Assembly: GCA_963844865.1 (NCBI GenBank)
Contig: CAWJPY010000013.1
Span: forward strand, 135,821-199,820
Source: an uncultured Holophagae bacterium
GTDB lineage: Bacteria > Acidobacteriota > Thermoanaerobaculia > Thermoanaerobaculales > Sulfomarinibacteraceae
DNA length: 64,000 bases
Direction: 5' to 3'
In this document: positions 1-11,928 of the stretch, one piece after another
How the letters are laid out: each line of letters opens with the position of its first letter
How positions within the stretch are numbered: the stretch's first letter is position 1
The notes under the pieces: generated by a model
Told to the model about the DNA's origin: nothing
Databases searched by the model: none
The model's input: only the letters and a program-made list of their open reading frames with translations
Made by a program: the position numbers and the translations under genes

Positions 1-1
1 C

Positions 2-589
2 GTGCAGACGGTGTTCCTGGCGTTCATGGCCACGGCCTTCGCCATCCCGGTGGCGTTCGTGCTCGCCTTCCCCTCGGCCCGCAACCTGACCCGGGGCAGC
101 GCCGTGGGGCGCCTCGTGTACACGGTCTCGCGCACGGTCATGAACTTCGTGCGCGCGGTGGAGCCCCTGGTGTGGGCCCTGATCTTCATCTCCTGGGTGG
201 GCATCGGTCCGTTCGCCGGGGTGCTGGCCCTGTGGGTGCACTCGGTGGCCGCGCTCACCAAGCTCTACTCGGAGCAGATCGAGTCCATCGACCCGGGGCC
301 CGTGGACGCCATCACCGCCACCGGCGCGAGCACCCTGCAGGTTCTGCGGTACGGGGTGGTGCCCCAGGTCATCCCGCCGTTCCTGAGCTTCACCATCTAT
401 CGCTGGGACATCAACGTGCGCATGTCCACCATCATCGGCTTCGTGGGCGGCGGCGGTATCGGCTACATCCTCAAGCCGCGGGTGGACCTGGGGGAGTGGG
501 GCGAGGTGGGCACCCTGGTCCTGCTCATCGCCGCCACCGTCTGGCTCATGGACATCCTCAGCGCCAAGATCCGCGAGCGCATCGTGTAG
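2..589 (+). CDS. phnE: Phosphonate ABC transporter permease PhnE, C-terminal part (5' end lies outside the window)
   Basis: ORF track 2..589. Multi-TM ABC permease with the loop 'LYSEQIESIDPGPVDAITATGAS' and the tail 'YRWDINVRMSTIIGFVGGGGIGY', both typical of PhnE. The ORF is open to the window edge. Confidence 0.8.
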   Translation: MQTVFLAFMATAFAIPVAFVLAFPSARNLTRGSAVGRLVYTVSRTVMNFVRAVEPLVWALIFISWVGIGPFAGVLALWVHSVAALTKLYSEQIESIDPGPVDAITATGASTLQVLRYGVVPQVIPPFLSFTIYRWDINVRMSTIIGFVGGGGIGYILKPRVDLGEWGEVGTLVLLIAATVWLMDILSAKIRERIV

Positions 590-666
590 CTTCCTACACC
601 TGACATGCTCCGAATGCGTGAGGCAAACCCGAGACCCTGTCCCCGCCCCGGCCCGTTCCGAGAAGA

Positions 667-708
667 GTAAGGAGTTAGAAGTCAGCAGTTAGAAGTTGGG
701 AGTTGGTC
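667..708. repeat. Degenerate tandem heptamer tract GTNRGNA x6 (same family at 34667-34694 and 55611-55727)
   Basis: Read directly: gtaagga gttagaa gtcagca gttagaa gttggga gttggtc. Intergenic. Confidence 0.6.
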
Positions 709-762
709 ACTGACGGGTGGAGAGCTCCGAAGAGGTGAGGTGGTACTTCCCCGAGATCGATG

Positions 763-872
763 TCGCAGCGGCAGGAGCAGCGACGGTGAGCAGGGACAGC
801 GGCAGCAATCGGCGACCGCGGCAGAGAGCACCGTCAGCGATCAGGGATCAGCCCACAGCGATCAGCGATCTG
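763..872. repeat. GC-rich 'CAGCG/GATCAGCG/GGCAGCGAC' micro-repeat tract (intergenic family D)
   Basis: Repeated words cagcggcag, cagcgac, cagcgatcag. The same word set recurs in at least 7 other intergenic tracts of the window. Confidence 0.55.
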
Positions 873-979
873 GCGCAGCATGTGGCGTATCCCGGAGCGG
901 TGGGACCTTCCTTCTTGGGGTTGGACCGCGGAGGCCAAGGGGATCGGGGGAAATCGCGGGTGGGTGGCGCGGAGCCGCG

Positions 980-1008
980 CCATTTCGGAATCGCAGATTC
1001 CGAAATGG
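980..1008. repeat. Perfect 29-nt palindrome CCATTTCGGAATC-GCA-GATTCCGAAATGG
   Basis: 13-bp arms are exact reverse complements with a 3-nt centre. Intergenic, between phnE and the OmpA-family gene. Confidence 0.7.
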
Positions 1009-1065
1009 GCCGCAAAATGGAATCGGCCTCGGATCTTCACGACTCCCGATAATTCACCCGTTCGC

Positions 1066-1305
1066 TGTCATGGTGAGCGAGGAGCTCACCGTCTGCGGCG
1101 AGCGACAAGTCGAACCATCCCCCGAAGGCCCGTGGGACGTCTGCCAGCCACGAGTCTGGTTCTCTCGGGGGATCCTTCAGCCGCACTCGGCGGACCGAGC
1201 GCCGGCTTCAGGATGACCGCCAACCGGGTCGGCCGACCGTCTCCGCGTGGCGCCAGGTCGTCTCATGAGACGCCGCCGCGACGGGACGTGACGATACTCA
1301 GCAGC
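1066..1305 (-). repeat. Composite REP-like element, family A, inverted orientation
   Basis: Contains tgtcatggtgagcgaggagctc...gtcgaaccatcccccgaaggcccgtgggac...ggggatccttc...caggatgac. This is the reverse complement of the unit repeated at 11929-12877, 30305-30665 and 34747-35000. Confidence 0.7.
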
Positions 1306-1364
1306 CCACGGACTGCTGCTGTCCGCGCAACCTGCCGCTGGTTGCCGATCGCGGTGTCCGCGGT

Positions 1365-2819
1365 CTACTGCGTGGCGGGAGGTGCGGCCTCCTGGATCTG
1401 CCCCTCGGCGACCACGATCTCGACCCGGCGGTTCTTCTTCCGTCCTTCGGCGGTGGCGTTGTCGGCCAGTGGTCGGGTCCAGCCGTAGCCCACGGCGGTC
1501 AGGCGGCTGGGCTCCACCCCCTGCTGAGTGACGAAGTCGACCACCGACTGCGCCCGCGCCTCCGAGAGCTTCTGGTTGTGCTCCATCGTGCCGGTGGAGT
1601 CGGTGTGGCCCTCGACCCGCAGGTTGAGCTCGGGCATGACCAGGAGGATGCCAGAGAGCTTGGCCAGGGCGACCTTGGCCTCGCTCTTCAGCGTCGCCTG
1701 GTTGACGTCGAACAGGATGTCGGGGAGGTTGACGATGTAGCCGCGTGCGGACGACTGAGTGCTGGCGACCTTGGAGAGGGCTTCCTCGAGTCGGCTCCTG
1801 AGGCCGAGCTTCTCCTGCCGCATGGCCTCCAGGTCGGCCGCCAGGGACGCCTTCTCGGCCCGCATCGCGGCCAGGCTCTGGCTCATCTGAGCCCGCTGCC
1901 GCGCGAGCTCGGCCATGGCGGTCTCCGCCGCCTCCTGGGCCGTTCTGGCCTCGGCCTGGGCCTGAACGGCCTCGGCCTGGGCCTGGCTGGCATCGGAGCT
2001 GAGCTGGTCGAGCTTGGCTTTGCGCGCCGCCGCCTCCTCGGCGGCCTTGCGCTCGGCCAGGATGCTGGTGCTGGTGCGGATCGCCTCGTTGCTCGCCTGG
2101 ATGGACCGCCGCGCGAAGTCGAAGGTGTTCTTGGACCTCGGGTTCTTGCTGGCGTAGTTGTTGGCCTGGTTGAGGGCTACGGTGGCGTCCGCGAAGAACT
2201 TCCCCGCCAGCTCCGCGGCCCCGAGGCGCTCGGCCAGCTCGTGCGCCTTGCGCGCCTGCAGCAGCTCGGGCGGGATCGAGCTGTCGTACGCGACCATGGC
2301 GATGCTGTCGAGACCGTGGGCGGGAGCCGGGTCGAACGCCGAGTAGGTGAACCGGGACGAGGGTGCCTTCTTGTCGGTGCTCGCGGCCGAGGTCCACACG
2401 ACGAGCGACGAGGGGCGTTGGACCAGGGAGTAGGGCTCAGCTGTGACCAGGAGCGCGAACGCCTTCTGGGCGGTCGACATCGTCACCTCGTCCTTGACGT
2501 CCCGCACCACCAGCTCGCCCAGGTTCTCGGCGACCCCGTCGCGGCTCACCGCCCACACCACGTAGCAGGTGACGTCGCCGGCGAAGAGCACGGCGGGCTT
2601 CATGTCCCGGTACTTGATGGTGATCGCGGCCTGCCCGTTCTCGTAGCGGACGTTGGCCCCGATCTCGGCTGCCGGAGCGGCCCCGGTGCCCTTGAAGCCC
2701 AGCTTCACGTTTCGCTTCTCGGGGTACTGCACCGCGTTCAGGTCGACGGTCATCGCCGAGGCCACCGTTGCCAGGGTCAGGCAGGCCAGCGACGTCACGT
2801 ACATCACGCGTGTCTTCAT
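1365..2819 (-). CDS. OmpA-family protein with signal peptide, central Ala/Gln/Glu-rich coiled coil and C-terminal OmpA peptidoglycan-binding domain
   Basis: N-terminal 'MKTRVMYVTSLACLTLATVASA' signal peptide. C-terminal 'NLRVEGHTDSTGTMEHNQKLSEARAQSVVDFV...NRRVEIVV' OmpA_C motif. Confidence 0.85.
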   Translation of the reverse strand: MKTRVMYVTSLACLTLATVASAMTVDLNAVQYPEKRNVKLGFKGTGAAPAAEIGANVRYENGQAAITIKYRDMKPAVLFAGDVTCYVVWAVSRDGVAENLGELVVRDVKDEVTMSTAQKAFALLVTAEPYSLVQRPSSLVVWTSAASTDKKAPSSRFTYSAFDPAPAHGLDSIAMVAYDSSIPPELLQARKAHELAERLGAAELAGKFFADATVALNQANNYASKNPRSKNTFDFARRSIQASNEAIRTSTSILAERKAAEEAAARKAKLDQLSSDASQAQAEAVQAQAEARTAQEAAETAMAELARQRAQMSQSLAAMRAEKASLAADLEAMRQEKLGLRSRLEEALSKVASTQSSARGYIVNLPDILFDVNQATLKSEAKVALAKLSGILLVMPELNLRVEGHTDSTGTMEHNQKLSEARAQSVVDFVTQQGVEPSRLTAVGYGWTRPLADNATAEGRKKNRRVEIVVAEGQIQEAAPPATQ

Positions 2820-2926
2820 GGCGGTCTCCTTTCCGTGGTCACGCCGCTGTGTGCTCGCCGAGAGTCGAGCGGCCGACCAGCCGGAAGTCCTCTTCTAATG
2901 CATCGCCGAGGATATCAGCTTTGCTG

Positions 2927-3268
2927 TCAATCGCGGGCGAAGGTGCCGATGAAGAAGGACACCAGGCTCACCACCAGGGCGCCGAGGATGGCGGAGCCGA
3001 GGCCCGCGACGGCGAAGCCGGGCACCAGCAGGGCCGCGAGGCCGAAGGCGAAGCCGTTCACCACCAGGTAGAAGAGGCCCAGGGTGAGGATGGTGATGGG
3101 CAGCGTCAGCAGGGTGAAGATGGGCCGGATGACGGCGTTGACGAAGCCGAGGACCAGGGCCGCCAGGGCCAGGGTGAGCCAACCGGTGATGGTGACGCCG
3201 GGCAGGATGGCCGCCGCCACCCAGAGCGCGATGCCGGTCACGAGCCAGTGGATCAGGAAGCGTCCCAT
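2927..3268 (-). CDS. Small 4-TM membrane protein, DUF360 / 'phage holin family 4'-like (YvlD-type)
   Basis: 113 aa, hydrophobic throughout. 'FVNAVIRPIFTLLTLPITILTLGLFYLVVNG' is typical of this family. Confidence 0.65.
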   Translation of the reverse strand: MGRFLIHWLVTGIALWVAAAILPGVTITGWLTLALAALVLGFVNAVIRPIFTLLTLPITILTLGLFYLVVNGFAFGLAALLVPGFAVAGLGSAILGALVVSLVSFFIGTFARD

Positions 3269-3282
3269 TCGCGAACCTCCCC

Positions 3283-4188
3283 TCAGTGGTGGCCCCCCTC
3301 GTGCTTCTCGCCCGCCTGGACGGCCACGTCCAGGGTGTTCTCCTGGGTCGGCAGTGGGCAGGTGGCGTAGGGCGTGAAGGCGCAGGGCGGGTTGTACGCG
3401 CGGTTGAAGTCGAGCAGCGTCATCTTGTCGGGGCCGGGCACCGGTGCGGACAGGAAACGGCCGCCGCCGTATGTGGTGTCACCCGAGGTGGCGTCCCGGA
3501 AGACGATGAACAGCTCCTCGGCGTCGGGGGACTCCTGGTAGGGCTCCAGGCTCAGGCTCTTGCCCTTCAAGGTGAAGTGGAGGAGGCCCGGGGCGAGCAT
3601 GGTGGCCGGGGTGCCGATGGCGGTGGGTACCTGCACCTCGCGGGGAGCGTCATAGGGCTCGAAGATCGCCGTGACGCGGTAGCTGGGGTCGATGGGGAAG
3701 TACTGGATGCCCTTGAAATCCCGGCGGGCCGGAGCCTCGGGGTCCTTGACCCTTACCCCCAGCCGGTCGCCCCGGGCGATCACGTAGAAGCTGAGCCGCC
3801 CCAGGGCGAGCACGTCGGGATGGCCGTCGAGGTCGGTGGCCAGGGCCGCCTCCGCGGCGGGCTGACCGTTGACGGTGAGGCCCGCGTCCGGGGCTGGGTG
3901 CAGGGTGACCGTGCCGTCGGCGGCGACGTCCAGGGTGCCGGCGACGGGAGGCACGCCGGGCGCCGACAGCACAACGGCGTTGTCGGGGGCCGAGCCGAAG
4001 GGGTTCGGTCCCGGCTGGAGCCAGTCCAGGCCCACCAGGGTCAGCCACCCGTCCTCGGCGGTGAGGCGTTCGAGGCGCTGGGATCGCCACTGCTCGATCT
4101 CGCCCCGGTAGGCGGGATCAGGCTTCGGGGAATGCGCGGCGCAGGCTGCCAGGGCAAGAACGGCGAACGCGATGAGCGAACGTTTCAT
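3283..4188 (-). CDS. DUF1684 domain lipoprotein
   Basis: C-terminal 'LLDFNRAYNPPCAFTPYATCPLPTQENTLDVAVQAGEK' is the DUF1684 signature. I place the start at the internal ATG (cat at 4186-4188), which gives 'MKRSLIAFAVLALAAC', a lipobox signal. Confidence 0.8.
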   Translation of the reverse strand: MKRSLIAFAVLALAACAAHSPKPDPAYRGEIEQWRSQRLERLTAEDGWLTLVGLDWLQPGPNPFGSAPDNAVVLSAPGVPPVAGTLDVAADGTVTLHPAPDAGLTVNGQPAAEAALATDLDGHPDVLALGRLSFYVIARGDRLGVRVKDPEAPARRDFKGIQYFPIDPSYRVTAIFEPYDAPREVQVPTAIGTPATMLAPGLLHFTLKGKSLSLEPYQESPDAEELFIVFRDATSGDTTYGGGRFLSAPVPGPDKMTLLDFNRAYNPPCAFTPYATCPLPTQENTLDVAVQAGEKHEGGHH

Positions 4189-4234
4189 TCGCTTGTTGTA
4201 CCACAGCTTCGCGATGTCGTGATGAGCATCGTTA

Positions 4235-4700
4235 CGCCCCACGCGGCGGCGCCACATGGCATGACACGCAGTCGCGCTGAGACAGTGGGTCGCTCGAGCA
4301 GTGTGTCATCCTGAGGCCGCCACTCGGTCCGCCCAGTGCGGCCGAAGGATCCCCTGCCAGCACCACTACCGTGCCCATGCTTCGCCCCACGGGCCGTCGG
4401 GGGGCCCTACGACTCGCGGCCGAGGGCCGCTCGCTCCCAACGGCACACCCTTGTTCTGTCATGGTGAGCGAGGAGCTCGCCGTCGGCGGCGAGCGACGAG
4501 TCGAACCATCCCCCGAAGGCCCGTGGGGCGCCTCCCAGCCACGACGCTGGTGCTCTCGGGGGATCCTTCGACTCCCTCCGGAGGACCTCCGCTCGCTCAG
4601 GATGACACCGAGGCGGGTCGGCCCACCGTCTCTCAACGGCTCCGCGTCATGCCATGTGACACCGCCCCGAAGGAGCGTATCGATGCTCAGGATGACAGCA
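4235..4700. repeat. Head-to-head pair of family-A composite REP-like elements
   Basis: Forward part: ...atgacacgcagtcgcgctgagacagtgggtcgc...gtcatcctgagg...gaaggatcccc. Reverse part: tgtcatggtgagcgaggagctc...ggggatccttcgac...cgctcgctcaggatgac...gctcaggatgac. Confidence 0.65.
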
Positions 4701-4756
4701 GGTCGGGGCGCCCCCGCCGTCTCACGTTCCACGCCTCACGTCTGACGTCTCACGTC

Positions 4757-6154
4757 TCACGAGTTGATGGAGCGCTTGTCGACGGCCAGCGCCGCCTCCC
4801 GGATCGCTTCGGAAAGGGTGGGGTGGGGGTGGCAGGTGCGGGCCAGGTCCTCGGATGATGACGAGAACTCCATGGCCACGGTGGCCTCGGCGATGAGCTC
4901 CGAGGCGCGGGGGCCGACGATGTGGACGCCCAGCACCTGGTCGGTCTCCTTGTGGGCCAGGATCTTGACCATGCCGTCGGTGAGGCCGAGGCCCTTGGCG
5001 CGGCCGTTGATCTTGAACGGGAAGCGGCCGGTCGCCACGGGAACGCCGGCCTCCTTGAGCTCCTCCGCGGTCTTGCCCACCATGGCCAGCTCGGGCTCGG
5101 TGTAGACCACGTTGGGGATGGCGTCGTAGTTGACGTGGCCCGGCTTGCCGGCCACCAGCTCGGCCACCGCCATGCCCTCGTCCTCGGCCTTGTGGGCAAG
5201 CATGGGGCCGCGGATCAGGTCGCCCACCGCATACACGTCCTGCAGGTTGGTGCGGAAGTGCTCGTCCACCTTCACCCGCTTGCCGTCCTCGAGCTCGACG
5301 CCGGCCTCCTCCAGGCCGCCGCCCTCGATCACCGCGCGCCGGCCCACCGCCACCAGCACCATGTCGCCTCGGATCTCGTCCGCGGCGCCGTCCTTGTCCT
5401 CGAGGGCGATCTTGAGGTTCTTCTTGAGCTTGGAGATGTCGGTCACCTTGGTTGACAGGCGGAACTCGAGGCCCTGCTCCTCCAGGGCGCGCTGCAGGGC
5501 GTTGGACATCTGCTTGTCGGCGAAGGGGGCGATGCGGTCCAGCATCTCGATGACGGTGACCTTGGCGCCGAAGCGGCTCCATACCGAGCCCAGCTCCAGG
5601 CCCACCGCCCCGGCCCCGATCACCACCAGGTGCTCGGGCACCTCCTCCAGCTCCAGGGCCTCCTTGGAGGAGATGATCTGCTTTCCGTCAAAGGGGGCGA
5701 AGGGCAGCTCGACGGGCGCGGAGCCCATGGCCAGGCAGACCGCCTTGGTGTCGAGGTCGGTGGTGCCGTCCTCGCCCTCCACCGTGACCTTGTGGGGGCC
5801 GACCAGCACACCGCGGCCGTTGAACACCTTCACCTTGTTCTTCTTCATCAGCAGGCCGACGCCGTCCACCAGCTCGGTGACGATCTTCTGCTTGCGCTCC
5901 ATGAGCGTGCCGAGATCGAGGTCGACGTCGCCGCAGGAGATGCCGTGCTCCGACAGTCGGTGGCGGACGCCGTAGTAGAGGTCCGAGGACTCCAGCAGGG
6001 CCTTGGAGGGGATGCAGCCCACGTTCAGGCAGGTGCCGCCGAGCTTGGGCCGCTTCTCGACGATGGCGGCCTTCAGCCCGAGCTGCGCCGCCCGGATGGC
6101 GCAGGGGTAGCCGCCGACGCCGGATCCGATCACCACGAGGTCGTAGTCAGCCAT
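4757..6154 (-). CDS. lpdA: Dihydrolipoyl dehydrogenase (E3)
   Basis: 'VVIGSGVGGYPCAIRAAQLG', redox-active 'GGTCLNVGCIPSK', C-terminal 'HPHPTLSEAIREAA'. Immediately downstream of sucB. Confidence 0.95.
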   Translation of the reverse strand: MADYDLVVIGSGVGGYPCAIRAAQLGLKAAIVEKRPKLGGTCLNVGCIPSKALLESSDLYYGVRHRLSEHGISCGDVDLDLGTLMERKQKIVTELVDGVGLLMKKNKVKVFNGRGVLVGPHKVTVEGEDGTTDLDTKAVCLAMGSAPVELPFAPFDGKQIISSKEALELEEVPEHLVVIGAGAVGLELGSVWSRFGAKVTVIEMLDRIAPFADKQMSNALQRALEEQGLEFRLSTKVTDISKLKKNLKIALEDKDGAADEIRGDMVLVAVGRRAVIEGGGLEEAGVELEDGKRVKVDEHFRTNLQDVYAVGDLIRGPMLAHKAEDEGMAVAELVAGKPGHVNYDAIPNVVYTEPELAMVGKTAEELKEAGVPVATGRFPFKINGRAKGLGLTDGMVKILAHKETDQVLGVHIVGPRASELIAEATVAMEFSSSSEDLARTCHPHPTLSEAIREAALAVDKRSINS

Positions 6155-6156
6155 CT

Positions 6157-7599
6157 TCAGATCTCCAGGAGCATGCGCTCGGGGCTTTCGATGCAGTCCA
6201 CGATCCGCTTGAGGAAGGTCACCGCCTCGCGGCCGTCGATCACCCGGTGGTCGTACGACACGGCCAGGTACATCATGGGCCGGATCACGATCTCGTCGTC
6301 GATGACCACCGCGCGCTTCTTGATGGCGTGCATGCCCAGGATGGCACTCCCCGGCGGGTTGAGGATGGGCGTGGACATCATGGACCCGAAGACGCCGCCG
6401 TTGGAGATGGTGAACACCGCCCCCGTGATCTCGGACAGCTCCAGGGTCCGTTCCTTGGCGCGCCGCGCGTAGTCTGCGATCTCGACCTCGATCTCGCCCA
6501 TGGAGAGCTGGTCGGCGTCCCGTACCACGGGCACCACGAGGCCGCGCTCGGTGCTCACCGCCACCCCGATGTCGTAGTAGTGGTTGCGCACGACCTGGTC
6601 GCCGTCGATCCAGGCGTTGACCTCGGGCACTGTCTGGAGGGCGTCGATGGCGGCCTTGACGAAGAAGGACATGAAGCCGAGGCTGATGCCGTGCTGCTCC
6701 TTGAAGGCGTCCTTGTAGGCCGTGCGCAGGGCCATGACCCGGCTCATGTCGACCTCGTTGAAGGTGGTGAGGATGGCGGAGCTCTGCTGCACCTCCACGA
6801 GGCGTTCGGCGATGCGCTGGCGCAGCGCGGACATGGGCTGCCGGGTCTGGCGCTCCATGACCTGGGGTCCGGCGGGCTGCCTGCGCTCGCGGGCTGCGCC
6901 CACCGTGCGCCGGGTCGGCGGCACGGCTTCCCCCGCGTCCTCCGCCTCCGTCCGTCTCCTCGGGGCACTCTCACCGGCGGCGGGCGGTCGGGGCTTCGCC
7001 TCCTCCTTCTCCGGAGCGGCCTTCTCCTCCTTCACCGACCCCCGCTCCTCGATGTGCCGCAGCACGTCGGCCTTGGTGATGCGCCCGTCGCGGCCGCTGC
7101 CCTCGATCTCCGACGGGTCGAGGTGGTGCTCGAGCACCAGCCGCTGCACGGCGGGGGAGAGCCCTTTCACGGTCTCCAGCTTGGCCTCGGCCTGGGGCTT
7201 GCCCGCCGGCGGGCTGATGGGGCGCTCCTTCTCGGGCTCCTCGGTCTGGTCGGTCGCGCCCGCCTTCTCCTCCCGCTCCTCGCCGGTCTCCTCGCCCTTC
7301 CCGGCCTTCTCCTCCTCCGGCTCAGCGTCGGACGCGGCCTCCTTCTCGGCGGCCTCGGGCTTCGCCTCGGTGTCGAGCTCGCCCACCTTCTGGCCGATCT
7401 GGACCGTCTCGCCCTCCTCCACCAGGATCTTGAGGCGGCCGCTCTCCTCGGCGTTCACCGTCAGCGTGATCTTGTCCGTCTCCAGCACCAGGAGCGGCTC
7501 TTCCCGCTCCACCCAGGCGCCGTCCTTTGCGGACCACTCGGCGAGGATGCCCTCGGTGATGGATTCGCCGACCTCGGGAACCGTGATGTCCATTGCCAT
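6157..7599 (-). CDS. sucB: 2-oxoglutarate dehydrogenase E2, dihydrolipoyllysine-residue succinyltransferase
   Basis: N-terminal lipoyl domain ('[10 protein letters not shown]'), E3-binding domain ('[14 protein letters not shown]'), catalytic '[16 protein letters not shown]'. Confidence 0.95.
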   Translation of the reverse strand: MAMDITVPEVGESITEGILAEWSAKDGAWVEREEPLLVLETDKITLTVNAEESGRLKILVEEGETVQIGQKVGELDTEAKPEAAEKEAASDAEPEEEKAGKGEETGEEREEKAGATDQTEEPEKERPISPPAGKPQAEAKLETVKGLSPAVQRLVLEHHLDPSEIEGSGRDGRITKADVLRHIEERGSVKEEKAAPEKEEAKPRPPAAGESAPRRRTEAEDAGEAVPPTRRTVGAARERRQPAGPQVMERQTRQPMSALRQRIAERLVEVQQSSAILTTFNEVDMSRVMALRTAYKDAFKEQHGISLGFMSFFVKAAIDALQTVPEVNAWIDGDQVVRNHYYDIGVAVSTERGLVVPVVRDADQLSMGEIEVEIADYARRAKERTLELSEITGAVFTISNGGVFGSMMSTPILNPPGSAILGMHAIKKRAVVIDDEIVIRPMMYLAVSYDHRVIDGREAVTFLKRIVDCIESPERMLLEI

Positions 7600-7724
7600 G
7601 CCTGCGTCCTCTCGTCGCGTTCGCTGTCACCCGGTCGGGTTGTCGATCCCGCGGCCGTGCTGCCGCGGGGTGTGCTGGCGTCGGGTCACGAGTGTACTGG
7701 AGCCCGCCTGGCGGAGCAGCCCTG

Positions 7725-10523
<2,799 letters not shown>

Positions 10524-10791
10524 GGTCGACTCGCTCCTTTTCGCCGTCCGGACGGCCTGGCACGACGTCGAGCCGCGCCGAGGGACGCAGACCCACTGCC
10601 GTCCGGCGCTCGATCCTTGCTAGGGGAACCCATCCAAATGAGACGACATTTCCGAGCCAAGAGGATACAGGAGCGTCCCTTCCCTGAACAGTGGAGGGTC
10701 GCGGTGGCCACCGTGCGCCGCCCACGGTCACCGATCCCCGGGGGAGCTCGGTGTATGCTCGGGGCACCATGCTCAGCAGCGGGGGAGCCGG

Positions 10792-11529
10792 GTGAGGAAC
10801 CGAATCAGCGCCGCGGAGTGCGCGGCCAAGATCAGGGCCGCGCGTCGGGTGGTGGCGCTCACGGGCGCCGGCATCTCCACGGCGGCGGGAGTGCCGGACT
10901 TCCGGGGGCCGGAGGGGATCTACGCCAGCGGCCGCTACGACCTGGAGGAGACGTTCACCATCTTCGGCTTCCTGCGCCGGCCGAGCGCCTTCTACCGCTT
11001 CGCCCGGGAGATCATGGGAGAGCTGCGCGACGTGCGGCCCACCTTCGCCCACCGCTTCCTGGCCGAGCTGGAGCAGCGGGGGCGCCTGGCGGCGGTGATC
11101 ACCCAGAACGTGGACTCGCTGCACCGGGACGCCGGCTCGCGCAACGTCATCGCGGTGCACGGCGACTTCTCCCGCTCCCGCTGCCTGAGCTGCGAGCGCG
11201 AGGTGGACGTTGAGGAGCTGGCCCGGATGCTCGAGGAGATGGAGGTGCCGCGCTGCGCCTGCGGCGGCCTCATCAAGCCGGACGTGGTCTTCTTCGGGGA
11301 GGCGGTGCACGGCCTGGAAGAGGCCACCGCCACCGTCGCCGGAGCGGACCTCCTGCTGGTGCTCGGGTCGTCCCTCAGCGTGGAGCCCGCGGCCTCCCTG
11401 CCGCAGTGGGCGAGCGGCGAGGTCGTGGTGGTGAACCGCGGACCGGTGGGGCTGCCGCCGGCGCCCAACCGCCACTTCGCCGACGCCGACCTGGACGGGT
11501 TCCTGGGCGAGGTCGCCTCCGCGCTCTGA
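10792..11529 (+). CDS. cobB: NAD-dependent protein deacylase, Sir2/CobB family
   Basis: 'LTGAGISTAAGVPDFRGPEG', 'ITQNVDSLH', Zn-Cys pairs 'CLSCE...RCACGG', 'VLGSSLSV'. GTG start preceded by gggggag. Confidence 0.85.
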   Translation: MRNRISAAECAAKIRAARRVVALTGAGISTAAGVPDFRGPEGIYASGRYDLEETFTIFGFLRRPSAFYRFAREIMGELRDVRPTFAHRFLAELEQRGRLAAVITQNVDSLHRDAGSRNVIAVHGDFSRSRCLSCEREVDVEELARMLEEMEVPRCACGGLIKPDVVFFGEAVHGLEEATATVAGADLLLVLGSSLSVEPAASLPQWASGEVVVVNRGPVGLPPAPNRHFADADLDGFLGEVASAL

Positions 11530-11546
11530 CGCTCACGCGGCAGAGT

Positions 11547-11620
11547 CCCCGCCCGCCCGAGAGAAGAACGCAAAGACGCAAAGGCGCGAAGGCGCAAAGC
11601 CCCCACCCGCCGCCGAGGAG
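11547..11620. repeat. About 70-nt intergenic repeat, family C (ccccgcccgcccga-agaagaacg-aaagacgca-aggcgc-aggcgcaaagcccccacccgccgcc)
   Basis: The same unit occurs 1 full + 1 partial time at 34495-34660. Confidence 0.6.
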
Positions 11621-11640
11621 AAGAAGAAGAGGCCCGTGAC

Positions 11641-11780
11641 CAGCGCCAGCAGCGGCGATCAGCAACGGGAGGCAGCGACGGCGCCCGGCGGCAGCGGCGG
11701 CGACCAGCAACGGCGGCGACCGCGCCAGCGACGGCGACCGCGGCAGCGACGGCGACCAGCGGCAGCGGCGGCGACCAGCG
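11641..11780. repeat. Family-D 'GGCAGCGAC / GCGACCAGC' micro-repeat tract
   Basis: Direct reading: cagcggcgatcagc...ggcagcgacggcg...ggcgaccagc, repeated. Confidence 0.55.
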
Positions 11781-11928
11781 TGAGGCGTCCAGCGCTCGGC
11801 CGCAGCGTTGCCTCGCTGTCAATGACATGCCTTCGTGCCGTCCTGGTGAGTATTCGTAGGCCCCTCGGGGCGGTGTCTCGGGTGCTGACCTGGAGCCACG
11901 GGAAGGCGGCCGCCTCCCCACTCCACCT

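Noticed and set aside
2927-3268. 'Phage holin family' membrane protein as evidence of a prophage
   Set aside because: DUF360/YvlD-type proteins are common chromosomal genes. There are no integrase, terminase, capsid or tail genes and no att-like repeats nearby.
10792-11529. Sir2-domain protein considered as an anti-phage (Thoeris, DSR or SIR2-HerA-type) effector
   Set aside because: It is a 245-aa stand-alone CobB-type deacylase with an intact Zn-Cys4 module. It has no fused sensor or partner gene, and its neighbours are the sucAB-lpd operon and repeat DNA.
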